A stretch of 64,000 nucleotides of DNA from Myxococcota bacterium (lineage in GTDB: Bacteria > Myxococcota_A > UBA9160 > PR03): contig JBFIML010000004.1 of assembly GCA_041611735.1 (NCBI GenBank), positions 1 to 64,000 of the forward strand. Reading direction: 5' to 3'. The position numbers and the translations under genes are program-made. Below the pieces are notes generated by a model, which saw only the letters and a program-made list of their open reading frames with translations, was not told where the DNA came from and made no database searches. Below are positions 56,509-64,000 of this stretch, one piece after another. The first letter of the stretch is position 1. Each line of letters starts with the position of its first letter.

Positions 56509-57734
56509 GACCGTTCGCCCTGACCCTCGTCCTGCTCCTCGCGCCGCTTGCGGCGCGGGGAGCCGGCGTGCCCGCGCACGGCGGCGAGCCCTTGCTGGCC
56601 GCCGCCGAGCAGGCGAGCGCCACGCTCGTGGGGAGCGTGACGGAGTCCGCCCAGGTGGATCGCCACGGCTGGGCGGCGTCCCTGCGGGTGGAGCGCGTGC
56701 TCACCGGGACGCTCGCCCCCGGCGCCAGCGTACGCATGGCCTGGGAGGAGCTCTCCCGGGGACGGCCCGCCCGCTTCGAGGATGGCGACCGCATCCTGGT
56801 CGCTCTCGTGCCGCTTCCCACCGCCACGCTGTGGCGGCAGCGCTTCCCGGACGGCCAGGGGTACGCGGTGGCCGCCGAGGGCGACGGCTTCCTGCGCGCC
56901 CCCGACACGGCCAGCGTGGAGGGCCTCGCCGCCTTCCTGGCCGTCCCCGCCGGCGAGCGCGGCCGCGAGGCGGGCGTGACGGCCCTGGCCGACCTGACCG
57001 CCCGGGCCCAGCCGCCCTTGGCCCGGGCCGCCCTGGAGCGGCTCGCCCGGCTGCCGGGCCTCGACGGACGCCTCGCGCCCGCCGCGCGCCAGCATCTGAC
57101 GGCGGCCGCCTCCGATGCCGCCCGGCCCCTGGAGCTGCGGCGGGCCACCTTGCGGCTGGTGGCCGACCGCCGCCTGAGCAACCTCCGGGACGCGGCGGAG
57201 GGGCTCGCCAGCGAGGGCTCGCCCGTGCGCGCCGAGGCGCTGGCCGCCCTGGCGGCGGTGGACGGGCAGCTGCCGGCCGAGCTGGTGGAACGCCTGCTCG
57301 AGAGCGACGAGGCCGCCTTGCGGGCGGTGGCGGCGCGTCACGCGCCGGGCACGCCGGCGGAGAGCCGGCTCTCCCGTCTGCTGCGCGCGGACCGGGCGCC
57401 GGAGGTGCGCCTGGCCGCCGTGGAGACGCTGCTGGCAAGTCAGGGCGAGGGCGCCATCGGAGTCGTCAGCCGGGCCCTGTTCGATTCCGACGAGGCGGTG
57501 CGACTGGCGGCGGCGCGCGGCCTGGGAGGTCTCGGAGAGGCGGCGGTCCCGACCCTCGAGCACCTGGTGGAGCGCAGCCCCCCCGACGAGGTGCGGGTGC
57601 CCATGGCCGCCCTGTCCCTGGCGGGAATTCCGGGGCGACACGCGCTGGAGCGGATCGCCGCGACCCACGAGGACGAGATGGTGCGCGGACTGGCCCGGGC
57701 CATGCTGGGCCGCGAGGCCTTCCCGCGCCACTGA
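56505..57734 (+). CDS. Secreted HEAT-repeat protein; start uncertain (CTG overlapping the upstream TGA)
   Basis: Signal-like LRPFALTLVLLLAPLAARG; repeats VRAEAL.AL, VRLAAVETL, VRLAAARGLG. Confidence 0.68.
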   Translation: MRPFALTLVLLLAPLAARGAGVPAHGGEPLLAAAEQASATLVGSVTESAQVDRHGWAASLRVERVLTGTLAPGASVRMAWEELSRGRPARFEDGDRILVALVPLPTATLWRQRFPDGQGYAVAAEGDGFLRAPDTASVEGLAAFLAVPAGERGREAGVTALADLTARAQPPLARAALERLARLPGLDGRLAPAARQHLTAAASDAARPLELRRATLRLVADRRLSNLRDAAEGLASEGSPVRAEALAALAAVDGQLPAELVERLLESDEAALRAVAARHAPGTPAESRLSRLLRADRAPEVRLAAVETLLASQGEGAIGVVSRALFDSDEAVRLAAARGLGGLGEAAVPTLEHLVERSPPDEVRVPMAALSLAGIPGRHALERIAATHEDEMVRGLARAMLGREAFPRH

Positions 57735-57779
57735 GCCGGGCCTGGCGGGCCAGCGGCCGCCCGGCCCGACCGCTACGGC

Positions 57780-58032
57780 GCCCTCGAGCTGCTCCCCGCT
57801 CTTCGGGGCGAGATCGAGAACCAGACCGACGCCAGACACGTGGACTCGCACTCCCGCGCATCGGGCCCGAGGGGCGTGAAGCGCGGGTCTGGAGGATCGG
57901 GCGACCGTTGGCTTGGGGCACGTCCACGTCCGCAGCGGGGCTCAGCACCTCCGTCACGTCCTCGGCCTCCCGGGGAAGCCACTCCTGCCGGTAGAACTCG
58001 CCCACCGCGGGGGCAGCCTTCCCCCAGAACGG
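57780..58032 (-). pseudogene. Frameshifted 3' remnant of an uncharacterised protein gene
   Basis: Three consecutive frames give VGEFYRQEWLPREAEDVTEVLS...LQTR / FTPLGPDAREC / HVSGVGLVLDLAPKSGEQLE; no intact 5' part. Confidence 0.55.
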
Positions 58033-58132
58033 CTCGCGTCGCGAAGGCACACGTCCGGGCGGCCGCGTATCACAAGCGTGCGATGCCGGAAAGGAACCGT
58101 CGCGGCACACTGACGCCGAGGAGGTATCGACC

Positions 58133-58681
58133 GTGAGCGAGAGGTCCATCCGAATCCGCTGGGCCGCCCTGGGGCTCGGCGCCTTCGTCCTCCTGATGGG
58201 ACTCGAGGTCCTGACGGAAGACGACCCCATCGAGCTGGCCGACTTCCTCGGGGACGCCCTGCAGACCGCCCTGATCGTGGCGTCGGCGACGGGGGTGACG
58301 CTCCTGGCGGGCCGCTTTCAGGAAGAGCGGGAGGAGAAGCAGGCCCTGACCCGGGACCTCCAGATGGCGCGGGCCGAGGGGGCCGCCTGGCGCGAACGCG
58401 CCCAGAGCTACCTGTCCGGGCTCGGCGAGGAGATCGAGAAGCAGTTCGAGAGCTGGCAGCTCACCCAGGCCGAGCGGGAGGTGGGACTGCTCATGTTGAA
58501 GGGCTTCTCCCATGGCGAGATCGCTGGCCTGCGCGGAACGACGGAGGCCACGGTTCGTCACCAGGCCCGAGCCACCTACCAGAAGTCGAGCCTGCCGGGT
58601 CGGACCGCCTTCTGCGCCTACTTCCTCGAGGATCTGCTCCCGGCGGGAGGCGCCAGCGCCCGCACGCGCCCGCTGGCCTGA
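58133..58681 (+). CDS. Membrane-anchored LuxR-type HTH regulator
   Basis: Two N-terminal TM segments; LTQAEREVGLLMLKGFSHGEIA..R...EATVRHQA; GGAGG RBS. Confidence 0.85.
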   Translation: MSERSIRIRWAALGLGAFVLLMGLEVLTEDDPIELADFLGDALQTALIVASATGVTLLAGRFQEEREEKQALTRDLQMARAEGAAWRERAQSYLSGLGEEIEKQFESWQLTQAEREVGLLMLKGFSHGEIAGLRGTTEATVRHQARATYQKSSLPGRTAFCAYFLEDLLPAGGASARTRPLA

Positions 58682-58735
58682 GTCCTTCCCGCGGAGGTTG
58701 CGCGCTCCAGCGGACGGAGGAACCGTAGAGCGCGC

Positions 58736-60274
58736 ATGTCCCGGCGCAGCCTGACGCTGGTCGCGCTCCGGTGGACGCTGGCCGCTCTCCTGGCCGTCTC
58801 CCATGCGGGCGAGCCCGCCCGGGCCGCTGGGGTGGAAGCCCCCGCCGGCGGGCGGGAGCAGCCGGATCCGGACCAGGCGGACCCGGACGACGCGGACTCG
58901 GACGAAGGTCTCCGGCAGCGGCTCACGGAGCGCGAGGACAAGCGCCGGCCCGTGGAGCCCTGGAGCACCGACGTCCTGGGGCGACCCCTCACGGTGACGG
59001 GCGAGTACGAGATCGAGCTCGACTACCGGCGGCGCCGGCTCCTGGGCGACGTCGCGGACTCGCCGCATCGCTTCCTGCTGCAGCAGGGATTCGAGCTGGA
59101 GGCCTTCTACAGCTTCGGCCTGCCGCTCTCGCTGTTCGCACAGGGGACGCTGCGAATGGAGGAGGACCTCCTGTCGAACACCTTCGAGGCGGTCTCCGAC
59201 TACTTCGTGGAACGGGGCGAGATGTGGCTCTACAGCGAGGACATCGCCGGGTCCCCCGTGAACCTGGACCTCGGACGCCTGCATTTCGAGGACGAACGCC
59301 GCTGGTGGTGGGACGACGAGCTCGACGCGGTGCGCGTGGCCTACGAGACGGAGAGCTACGAGATCGTCCTCGCCCTGGCCCGGGAGCTGGCTCCCGAGCG
59401 CTCGGACCTCGGCGACGTGGACCCGGAGCAGGAGCGCGTGCTCCGGCTGATCGGAGAAGCCTCCTGGGACTGGGGCGCGAACCACGCCGTGGAGCTCTTC
59501 CTGCTGCACCAGGACGATCATTCCCCCACGGAGCGCCCGGGACGCATCGTGCGCGTGGAGCGCGAGGACGACTCGGACGCCCGGCTCACCTGGCTCGGCG
59601 CGCGCGCCCTGGGCGTCTTCGACCTGCGCTCGCGGGGGATCCTCGGCTACTGGCTCGACGCGGCCTGGGTCCGCGGCCGGGAGCGGCACCTGGAGTTCGA
59701 GGAGCTCTCGCCCCGACGCAGCCAGGTGGAGGCGCTCGCGAGCCGGGACGTGCGCGGCTGGGGCTTCGACGCCGGGATCAGCTGGCTCCCGCCCCTCCGG
59801 TGGGAGCCACGCGTCTTCACCGGGTACGCCTGGGGCTCCGGCGACGCGACCCCCGAGCGGGGCACCGATCGCTCGTTCCGCCAGACCGGGATCCACGCCA
59901 ACGAGGCCGGCTTCGGGGGCGTGGAGCGCTTCCCGCACTACGGGGTGCTGCTGGATCCGGAGCTCTCCAACCTCGGAATCCTGACGCTCGGAGCCGGGCT
60001 CTCGCTGCTCCGGTCGAGCTCCCTGGATCTGGTGTTCCACCACTACCGCCTGGTGGAGCCCGCCGCCTCCCTGCGCGATGCCGCGCTGGAAGCCGAGCTC
60101 ACCGGCGAGCACCGGGACCTCGGACAGGCGTTCGATCTGGTGCTGGCGCTCGAGGAGTGGGAGCGCCTGGAGTTCGAGGTGATCGGATCCGCCTTCCGGG
60201 CAGGCCGGGCCTTCGGGGCGGAACGGGGAACCTGGAGCTACGGGGGCTTCCTGGCCGTGCGCTACGCCTTCTGA
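58736..60274 (+). CDS. Outer-membrane beta-barrel, alginate export (AlgE-like) family
   Basis: Signal peptide; LGR..FEDER.WWWDDELDAVR, YAWGSGD, FRQTG, PELSNL; terminal Phe. Confidence 0.78.
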   Translation: MSRRSLTLVALRWTLAALLAVSHAGEPARAAGVEAPAGGREQPDPDQADPDDADSDEGLRQRLTEREDKRRPVEPWSTDVLGRPLTVTGEYEIELDYRRRRLLGDVADSPHRFLLQQGFELEAFYSFGLPLSLFAQGTLRMEEDLLSNTFEAVSDYFVERGEMWLYSEDIAGSPVNLDLGRLHFEDERRWWWDDELDAVRVAYETESYEIVLALARELAPERSDLGDVDPEQERVLRLIGEASWDWGANHAVELFLLHQDDHSPTERPGRIVRVEREDDSDARLTWLGARALGVFDLRSRGILGYWLDAAWVRGRERHLEFEELSPRRSQVEALASRDVRGWGFDAGISWLPPLRWEPRVFTGYAWGSGDATPERGTDRSFRQTGIHANEAGFGGVERFPHYGVLLDPELSNLGILTLGAGLSLLRSSSLDLVFHHYRLVEPAASLRDAALEAELTGEHRDLGQAFDLVLALEEWERLEFEVIGSAFRAGRAFGAERGTWSYGGFLAVRYAF

Positions 60275-60355
60275 CGCTTCCGGCCCGGTGCAGCCCGGGC
60301 AGCGCCTCGCATGCGAGGCCCCGTCGGTGCACTCCCGCCGTGGGCGAAGAGTCGA

Positions 60356-61135
60356 TCAGTCAAGCACGTCCCCGAGCGCGAAGACCGCGTCCCCCACCCG
60401 GAGGTGGCGCTGCGCGGGCGCGATCCGGATGCGGAGCGCGCTCCCGTCCCACGCCGGCTCGCCCGCGGGCGCCGGGAGCCGGCGGCGCTCGTCACCCCGC
60501 ACCTGGATCGCTCCCGAGGCACCTGCCGCGTCGGCAAAGACGAGGCACGCCGCGCCCACCCCGGGTCGGCGCTCGCACCAATCGAGGGCATTGGCCACCC
60601 GCTCGAAGCGCTCGAGGGCGTGCTCGAGGAGCAGCGCCGCAGGCGCCCGCGCCGCTCCCGGCACCGAGGGCTCCAGGGCGCAGGCGGCGGCGAGGCCCGC
60701 CTCGTTCACGCCCGCGAGCGCCGCCGGGAGCCAGGGAAGCACCAGCGCCAGGGAGGGGAAGCCGGTCTCCGGGCGCGCCTCGCGCACCCGGAGCGGCGCG
60801 TCGTGCGCGGCGAGGACGAGCAGGCTCCCCGCTGCGTCCGCGCCGGAAGGCTCGCAGCGGGCTTCGAAGCGGAGCGGCGACGGGCCGAGCAGGGCGCGGG
60901 CGAGGGGGGGCACGAGGTCTGCCCGGGAGACCCCGGCGCCCCGGGCCAGGCCTTCCAGACGCTCGGCCAGGTGGGGGAAGTGACGGGCCAGGTCGCGTGC
61001 GAGCTCGCCCTGCACCGCGCCCGTCCGGGCGCCCGGATTCCGGAGGAGCTCGCTGCGGATCGCAGCCCGGCAGGCGCGGCCCTGGTCGAGGCCGAGATCC
61101 CGCGGCGCACCCTGGCACGCGATGCGCCGCAACAC
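60356..61135 (-). CDS. Divergent C45/acyl-CoA:6-APA-acyltransferase-like (Ntn) protein
   Basis: G.PRDLGLDQG, ERLEGLARGAGV, LAGVNEAGLA; starts 4 nt after the larE stop. Confidence 0.55.
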   Translation of the reverse strand: MLRRIACQGAPRDLGLDQGRACRAAIRSELLRNPGARTGAVQGELARDLARHFPHLAERLEGLARGAGVSRADLVPPLARALLGPSPLRFEARCEPSGADAAGSLLVLAAHDAPLRVREARPETGFPSLALVLPWLPAALAGVNEAGLAAACALEPSVPGAARAPAALLLEHALERFERVANALDWCERRPGVGAACLVFADAAGASGAIQVRGDERRRLPAPAGEPAWDGSALRIRIAPAQRHLRVGDAVFALGDVLD

Positions 61136-61139
61136 CCGC

Positions 61140-61991
61140 TCAGGACGCGAACGGCGGATCCGGCAGCAGGACCTCGTTCAGCGAGCCGGTGCGATAGCCC
61201 TCGAGATCCAGGGCCACGTAGCGGAAGCCCAGGGGCTTGAGCGCCGCCACCAGGGCGCGCGCCGCCTCCGGATCCAGGGCCTGCGGCAGCTCGCTCGGGT
61301 CCACCTCCACGCGCGCGAGCTCCCCGTGGTGGCGCAGACGCACCTGCCGGAAGCCGAGGGCGCGCAGGCGCGCCTCGCCCTCCTCCACCTGGCGCAGACG
61401 CTCCGGAGTCACCGGGGTGCCGTAGGGCAGCCGCGAGGCCAGGCAGGCCGAGGCCGGGAGATCCGCGCTGGGCAGCCCCGCCGCCCGGGAGAGGGCGCGC
61501 ACCTCCGCCTTGGTGAGTCCCACGTCGAGCAGGGGCGAGAGCACGCCGTGCTGGTTCGCGGCCCGGTGACCCGGCCGGAAATCGCCCTGGTCGTCCTGGT
61601 TCACGCCGTAGGCCACGGCGTCGAAGCCGAGCTCGTCGCGCAGGCGGTCCAGCACCGTGAACAGCTCCGCCTTGCAGTGGAAGCAGCGGTCCGGTCGGTT
61701 GGCGCGGTAGGTATCGCTCTCCATCTCCCGGGTTTCGACGAAGCGGTGCGGGATGCCGAACTCCCGCGCGATCTGCTCCGCCATGGCCCGGTGGTGGGCG
61801 GGGTACGAGGGCGAGACCGCGGTCACCGCCAGGACCCCGTCCGCCAGGGTGCGGTGGGCCGCCCACGCCAGGTAGCTCGAATCGACGCCCCCGGAGTAGG
61901 CCACGAGCAGGCGTCCGGCCTGGCGCAGGCGCGCCTGGAGCGCGCGCTCCTTGGCCTCGAGGCCCGGGTCAAGCGGAGCGGCCGACGACAC
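61140..61991 (-). CDS. larE: ATP-dependent sulfur insertase LarE (PP-loop)
   Basis: AYSGGVDS, DRCFHCK, DFRPG, ACLASR.PYG, GYRTGSLN. Confidence 0.9.
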   Translation of the reverse strand: MSSAAPLDPGLEAKERALQARLRQAGRLLVAYSGGVDSSYLAWAAHRTLADGVLAVTAVSPSYPAHHRAMAEQIAREFGIPHRFVETREMESDTYRANRPDRCFHCKAELFTVLDRLRDELGFDAVAYGVNQDDQGDFRPGHRAANQHGVLSPLLDVGLTKAEVRALSRAAGLPSADLPASACLASRLPYGTPVTPERLRQVEEGEARLRALGFRQVRLRHHGELARVEVDPSELPQALDPEAARALVAALKPLGFRYVALDLEGYRTGSLNEVLLPDPPFAS

Positions 61992-61998
61992 GAAAACC

Positions 61999-62027
61999 AG
62001 GGTACGAGCCGCCGGGAGGGCGGTCAA
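61999..62027 (-). promoter_or_regulatory. Sigma70 promoter TTGACC-N17-TACCCT directly before the larE GTG (leaderless)
   Basis: -35 at 62027-62022, -10 at 62004-61999, 7 nt to the start codon. Confidence 0.65.
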
Positions 62028-62094
62028 ACCCCCGGGGCGGTTCGGTTTCGCCGCACGGGGCCGCGCAGTATGCTGCGCGGCGGGGGGAGACGGC

Positions 62095-63180
62095 ATGGCC
62101 AAGCTCCGCATCGCGCTGGTCTACGGAGGACGCTCGGTGGAGCACGAGGTGTCGATCGCCTCGGCGCGCTCGATCCTGCGTGCCCTGGACCCCTCGCGCT
62201 ACGAGGTCTGGCTGGTGGGCATCGATCGCGACGGGAGCTGGCGCCTGGGCGCGCCGGGCCACGAGCCCGAGGCGGTGGTGGAGCGCGGACAGACGGTGCT
62301 TCCGCCGGTGGCAGGCGCGCGCGCGCTGCGGACGCCCGGCGAGGCGGGCTCCGTCGTCCCGGTGGATCTCGTCTTCCCCATCGTGCACGGCAGCGGCGGC
62401 GAGGACGGAAGCCTGCAGGGACTGCTGGAGTCGGCGGGCCTGCCCTACGTGGGCTCACGGGTGCTCGGCTCCGCGCTCCAGATGGACAAGGAGGTCTCGA
62501 AGCGGCTGCTGCAGGCGGCGGGCCTGCCCGTGGTGCCCTGGCGGAGCGTGCGCCGCCACGAGCTCCAGACCGCGCCGCGGGAGCTGGCCCTGGGCCTGGC
62601 CGAGGCGCTCGGCCTGCCGCTCTTCGTCAAGCCGGCCAACAGCGGCTCTTCGGTGGGGATCCAGAAGGTCTCGAGCGCGAAGGCCCTGGGGCGCGCCCTG
62701 GCCGAGGCCTCGCGCTACGACACCAAGATCGTGGTGGAGCGCGCCGTGGACGCGCGCGAGATCGAGGTGGCGGTGCTCGGCAACGAGAAGCCCGAGGCCT
62801 CCGTGCCCGGCGAGATCCGCCCGCGCCGCGAGTTCTACGACTACGAGGCCAAGTACGTGGACGAGTCCACGGAGCTGCTGGTGCCGGCGCCGCTGCCGGA
62901 GGCCACCGCGGAGCGGGCCCGGGAGCTGGCCCTCCAGGCCTACCCGGTCCTGGAGGCGGAGGGTCTGGCCCGGGTGGACTTCCTGCTGGACCGCGAACGG
63001 GGCGAGCTCTTCGTGAGCGAGTTGAACAGCCTGCCGGGCTTCACCGAGGTGTCCATGTTCCCGCGTCTCTGGGAGGCGTCGGGGCTCCCCTACCCCCAGC
63101 TCCTGGACCGGCTGATCGAGCTGGCGCTCGAGCGCCACCGCACCCGCACCGCCCTGGAGACCACGTACCGCAGCGACTGA
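62095..63180 (+). CDS. ddl: D-alanine--D-alanine ligase
   Basis: GGRSVEHEVS, HG..GEDG, MDK, KP...GSSVG, YDYEAKY, ELNSLPGFT..S.FP. Confidence 0.96.
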   Translation: MAKLRIALVYGGRSVEHEVSIASARSILRALDPSRYEVWLVGIDRDGSWRLGAPGHEPEAVVERGQTVLPPVAGARALRTPGEAGSVVPVDLVFPIVHGSGGEDGSLQGLLESAGLPYVGSRVLGSALQMDKEVSKRLLQAAGLPVVPWRSVRRHELQTAPRELALGLAEALGLPLFVKPANSGSSVGIQKVSSAKALGRALAEASRYDTKIVVERAVDAREIEVAVLGNEKPEASVPGEIRPRREFYDYEAKYVDESTELLVPAPLPEATAERARELALQAYPVLEAEGLARVDFLLDRERGELFVSELNSLPGFTEVSMFPRLWEASGLPYPQLLDRLIELALERHRTRTALETTYRSD

Positions 63181-63276
63181 CGGCTCGGGCGTTGGCGGCA
63201 GTCGATGGGAGCTGGCAAGCTCCCGCGCGTGCTCCCCCGGAAGTCGGAGCGGCCGCCTGCTTCTTCTCCGACGACG

Positions 63277-64000
63277 ATGCAGGATCTGCACGCTCCCGAC
63301 GAATCGGTTGCGACCCGGCTGCCGCGTCTCGCGCTCACCCTCTACGGGTTGGCATTCTTCTCCGGGGCCGCCGCGCTGGCCTATCAAGTCACGTGGGCCC
63401 GGATCCTCTCCCTCACGTTCGGCAGCAGCACCCTCGCGACGAGCGCAGTGGTGGGCGGATTCCTGGGGGGCATGGGCGTGGGGGCGTGGAGCTATCACCT
63501 GGTCCAGGAGCGCGTCGGTGCTCCGCTGCGCGTCTACGCGCTCATCGAGTTCGGCATCGCGGCCACGACCGCCGCCTTGACCGCATGCTTCTGGCTGCTC
63601 CCCAGTGTCTTCGCTTCGGTGGCTTCCGCGATCCCCGCTGGGCTGCTCATGGATTTCTTCCGGGTGACCTCCGTCGTGGCGCTGCTACTCGTTCCCGCCG
63701 CCTTGATGGGAGCCACGTACCCGGCACTCTGCGCATCGCTCATCGCCACTCGCGAAGGCGTCGATCGGCACCTCGGCATGATCTACGGGGTCAATACACT
63801 CGGCGCCGCCATCGGCGCGCTCGTGGCGGGCCTGCTCCTCATCCCCGCGGTCGGGTCGGCGGCAACGGTGGCGACCGGAAACTCCCTGAACGTGTGCGTC
63901 GGCGCCGTGGCATTCCTGCTGTCCCGTCGCCTCGCGGGGGGTCGCCCCGCAAGGTCCTCCCTGCCGGCGGAAACCGCGATCCCGACCGAACTCTCCTACC
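63277..64000 (+). CDS. Membrane domain of a fused MFS/spermidine-synthase-like protein, 3'-truncated
   Basis: FFSGAAALAYQVTWARILSLTFGSS, FLGGMGVG, LMGATYP, IYGVNTLGA; absent from the ORF track because it has no stop in the window; alternative ATG at 63205. Confidence 0.8.
   Translation, partial: MQDLHAPDESVATRLPRLALTLYGLAFFSGAAALAYQVTWARILSLTFGSSTLATSAVVGGFLGGMGVGAWSYHLVQERVGAPLRVYALIEFGIAATTAALTACFWLLPSVFASVASAIPAGLLMDFFRVTSVVALLLVPAALMGATYPALCASLIATREGVDRHLGMIYGVNTLGAAIGALVAGLLLIPAVGSAATVATGNSLNVCVGAVAFLLSRRLAGGRPARSSLPAETAIPTELSY

Overview
This is a very GC-rich, gene-dense bacterial window. The gene content (PilA-like pilin, a REC-DnaJ-TPR protein, AsmA, an outer-membrane barrel) suggests a diderm, probably Myxococcota or a related deltaproteobacterial lineage; that assignment is inference. 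The left half (about 1-30.5 kb) is a catabolic island with SIX catalytic alpha subunits of type II DMSO-reductase-family Mo-bisPGD enzymes of the ethylbenzene dehydrogenase / steroid C25 dehydrogenase type. Four carry Tat signals; two are signal-less, close paralogs at the two ends in opposite orientation. The island has only two Fe-S beta subunits, one heme-b gamma subunit and one chaperone. It also encodes MobB, an LvaAB-like phosphotransferase pair, a CoA ligase, an IVD-type acyl-CoA dehydrogenase, a Zn alcohol dehydrogenase, an MFS transporter, a methyltransferase, an atypical cytochrome c, a hemerythrin and a Cys-free Crp/Fnr regulator. A 16-bp palindrome, TATGAY-N4-RTCATA, occurs five times in intergenic DNA upstream of the island's transcription units and defines a probable regulon. 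The right half is mostly housekeeping (thiD, pilin, ilvE, mtnA, gatCAB, DEAD-box helicase, LOG, larE, ddl). It also holds a TetR/diiron-protein operon, a tandem-repeat intergenic region, a frameshifted pseudogene next to a LuxR/porin pair, and several apparently leaderless promoters. No rRNA, tRNA, CRISPR array or transposase was recognised.
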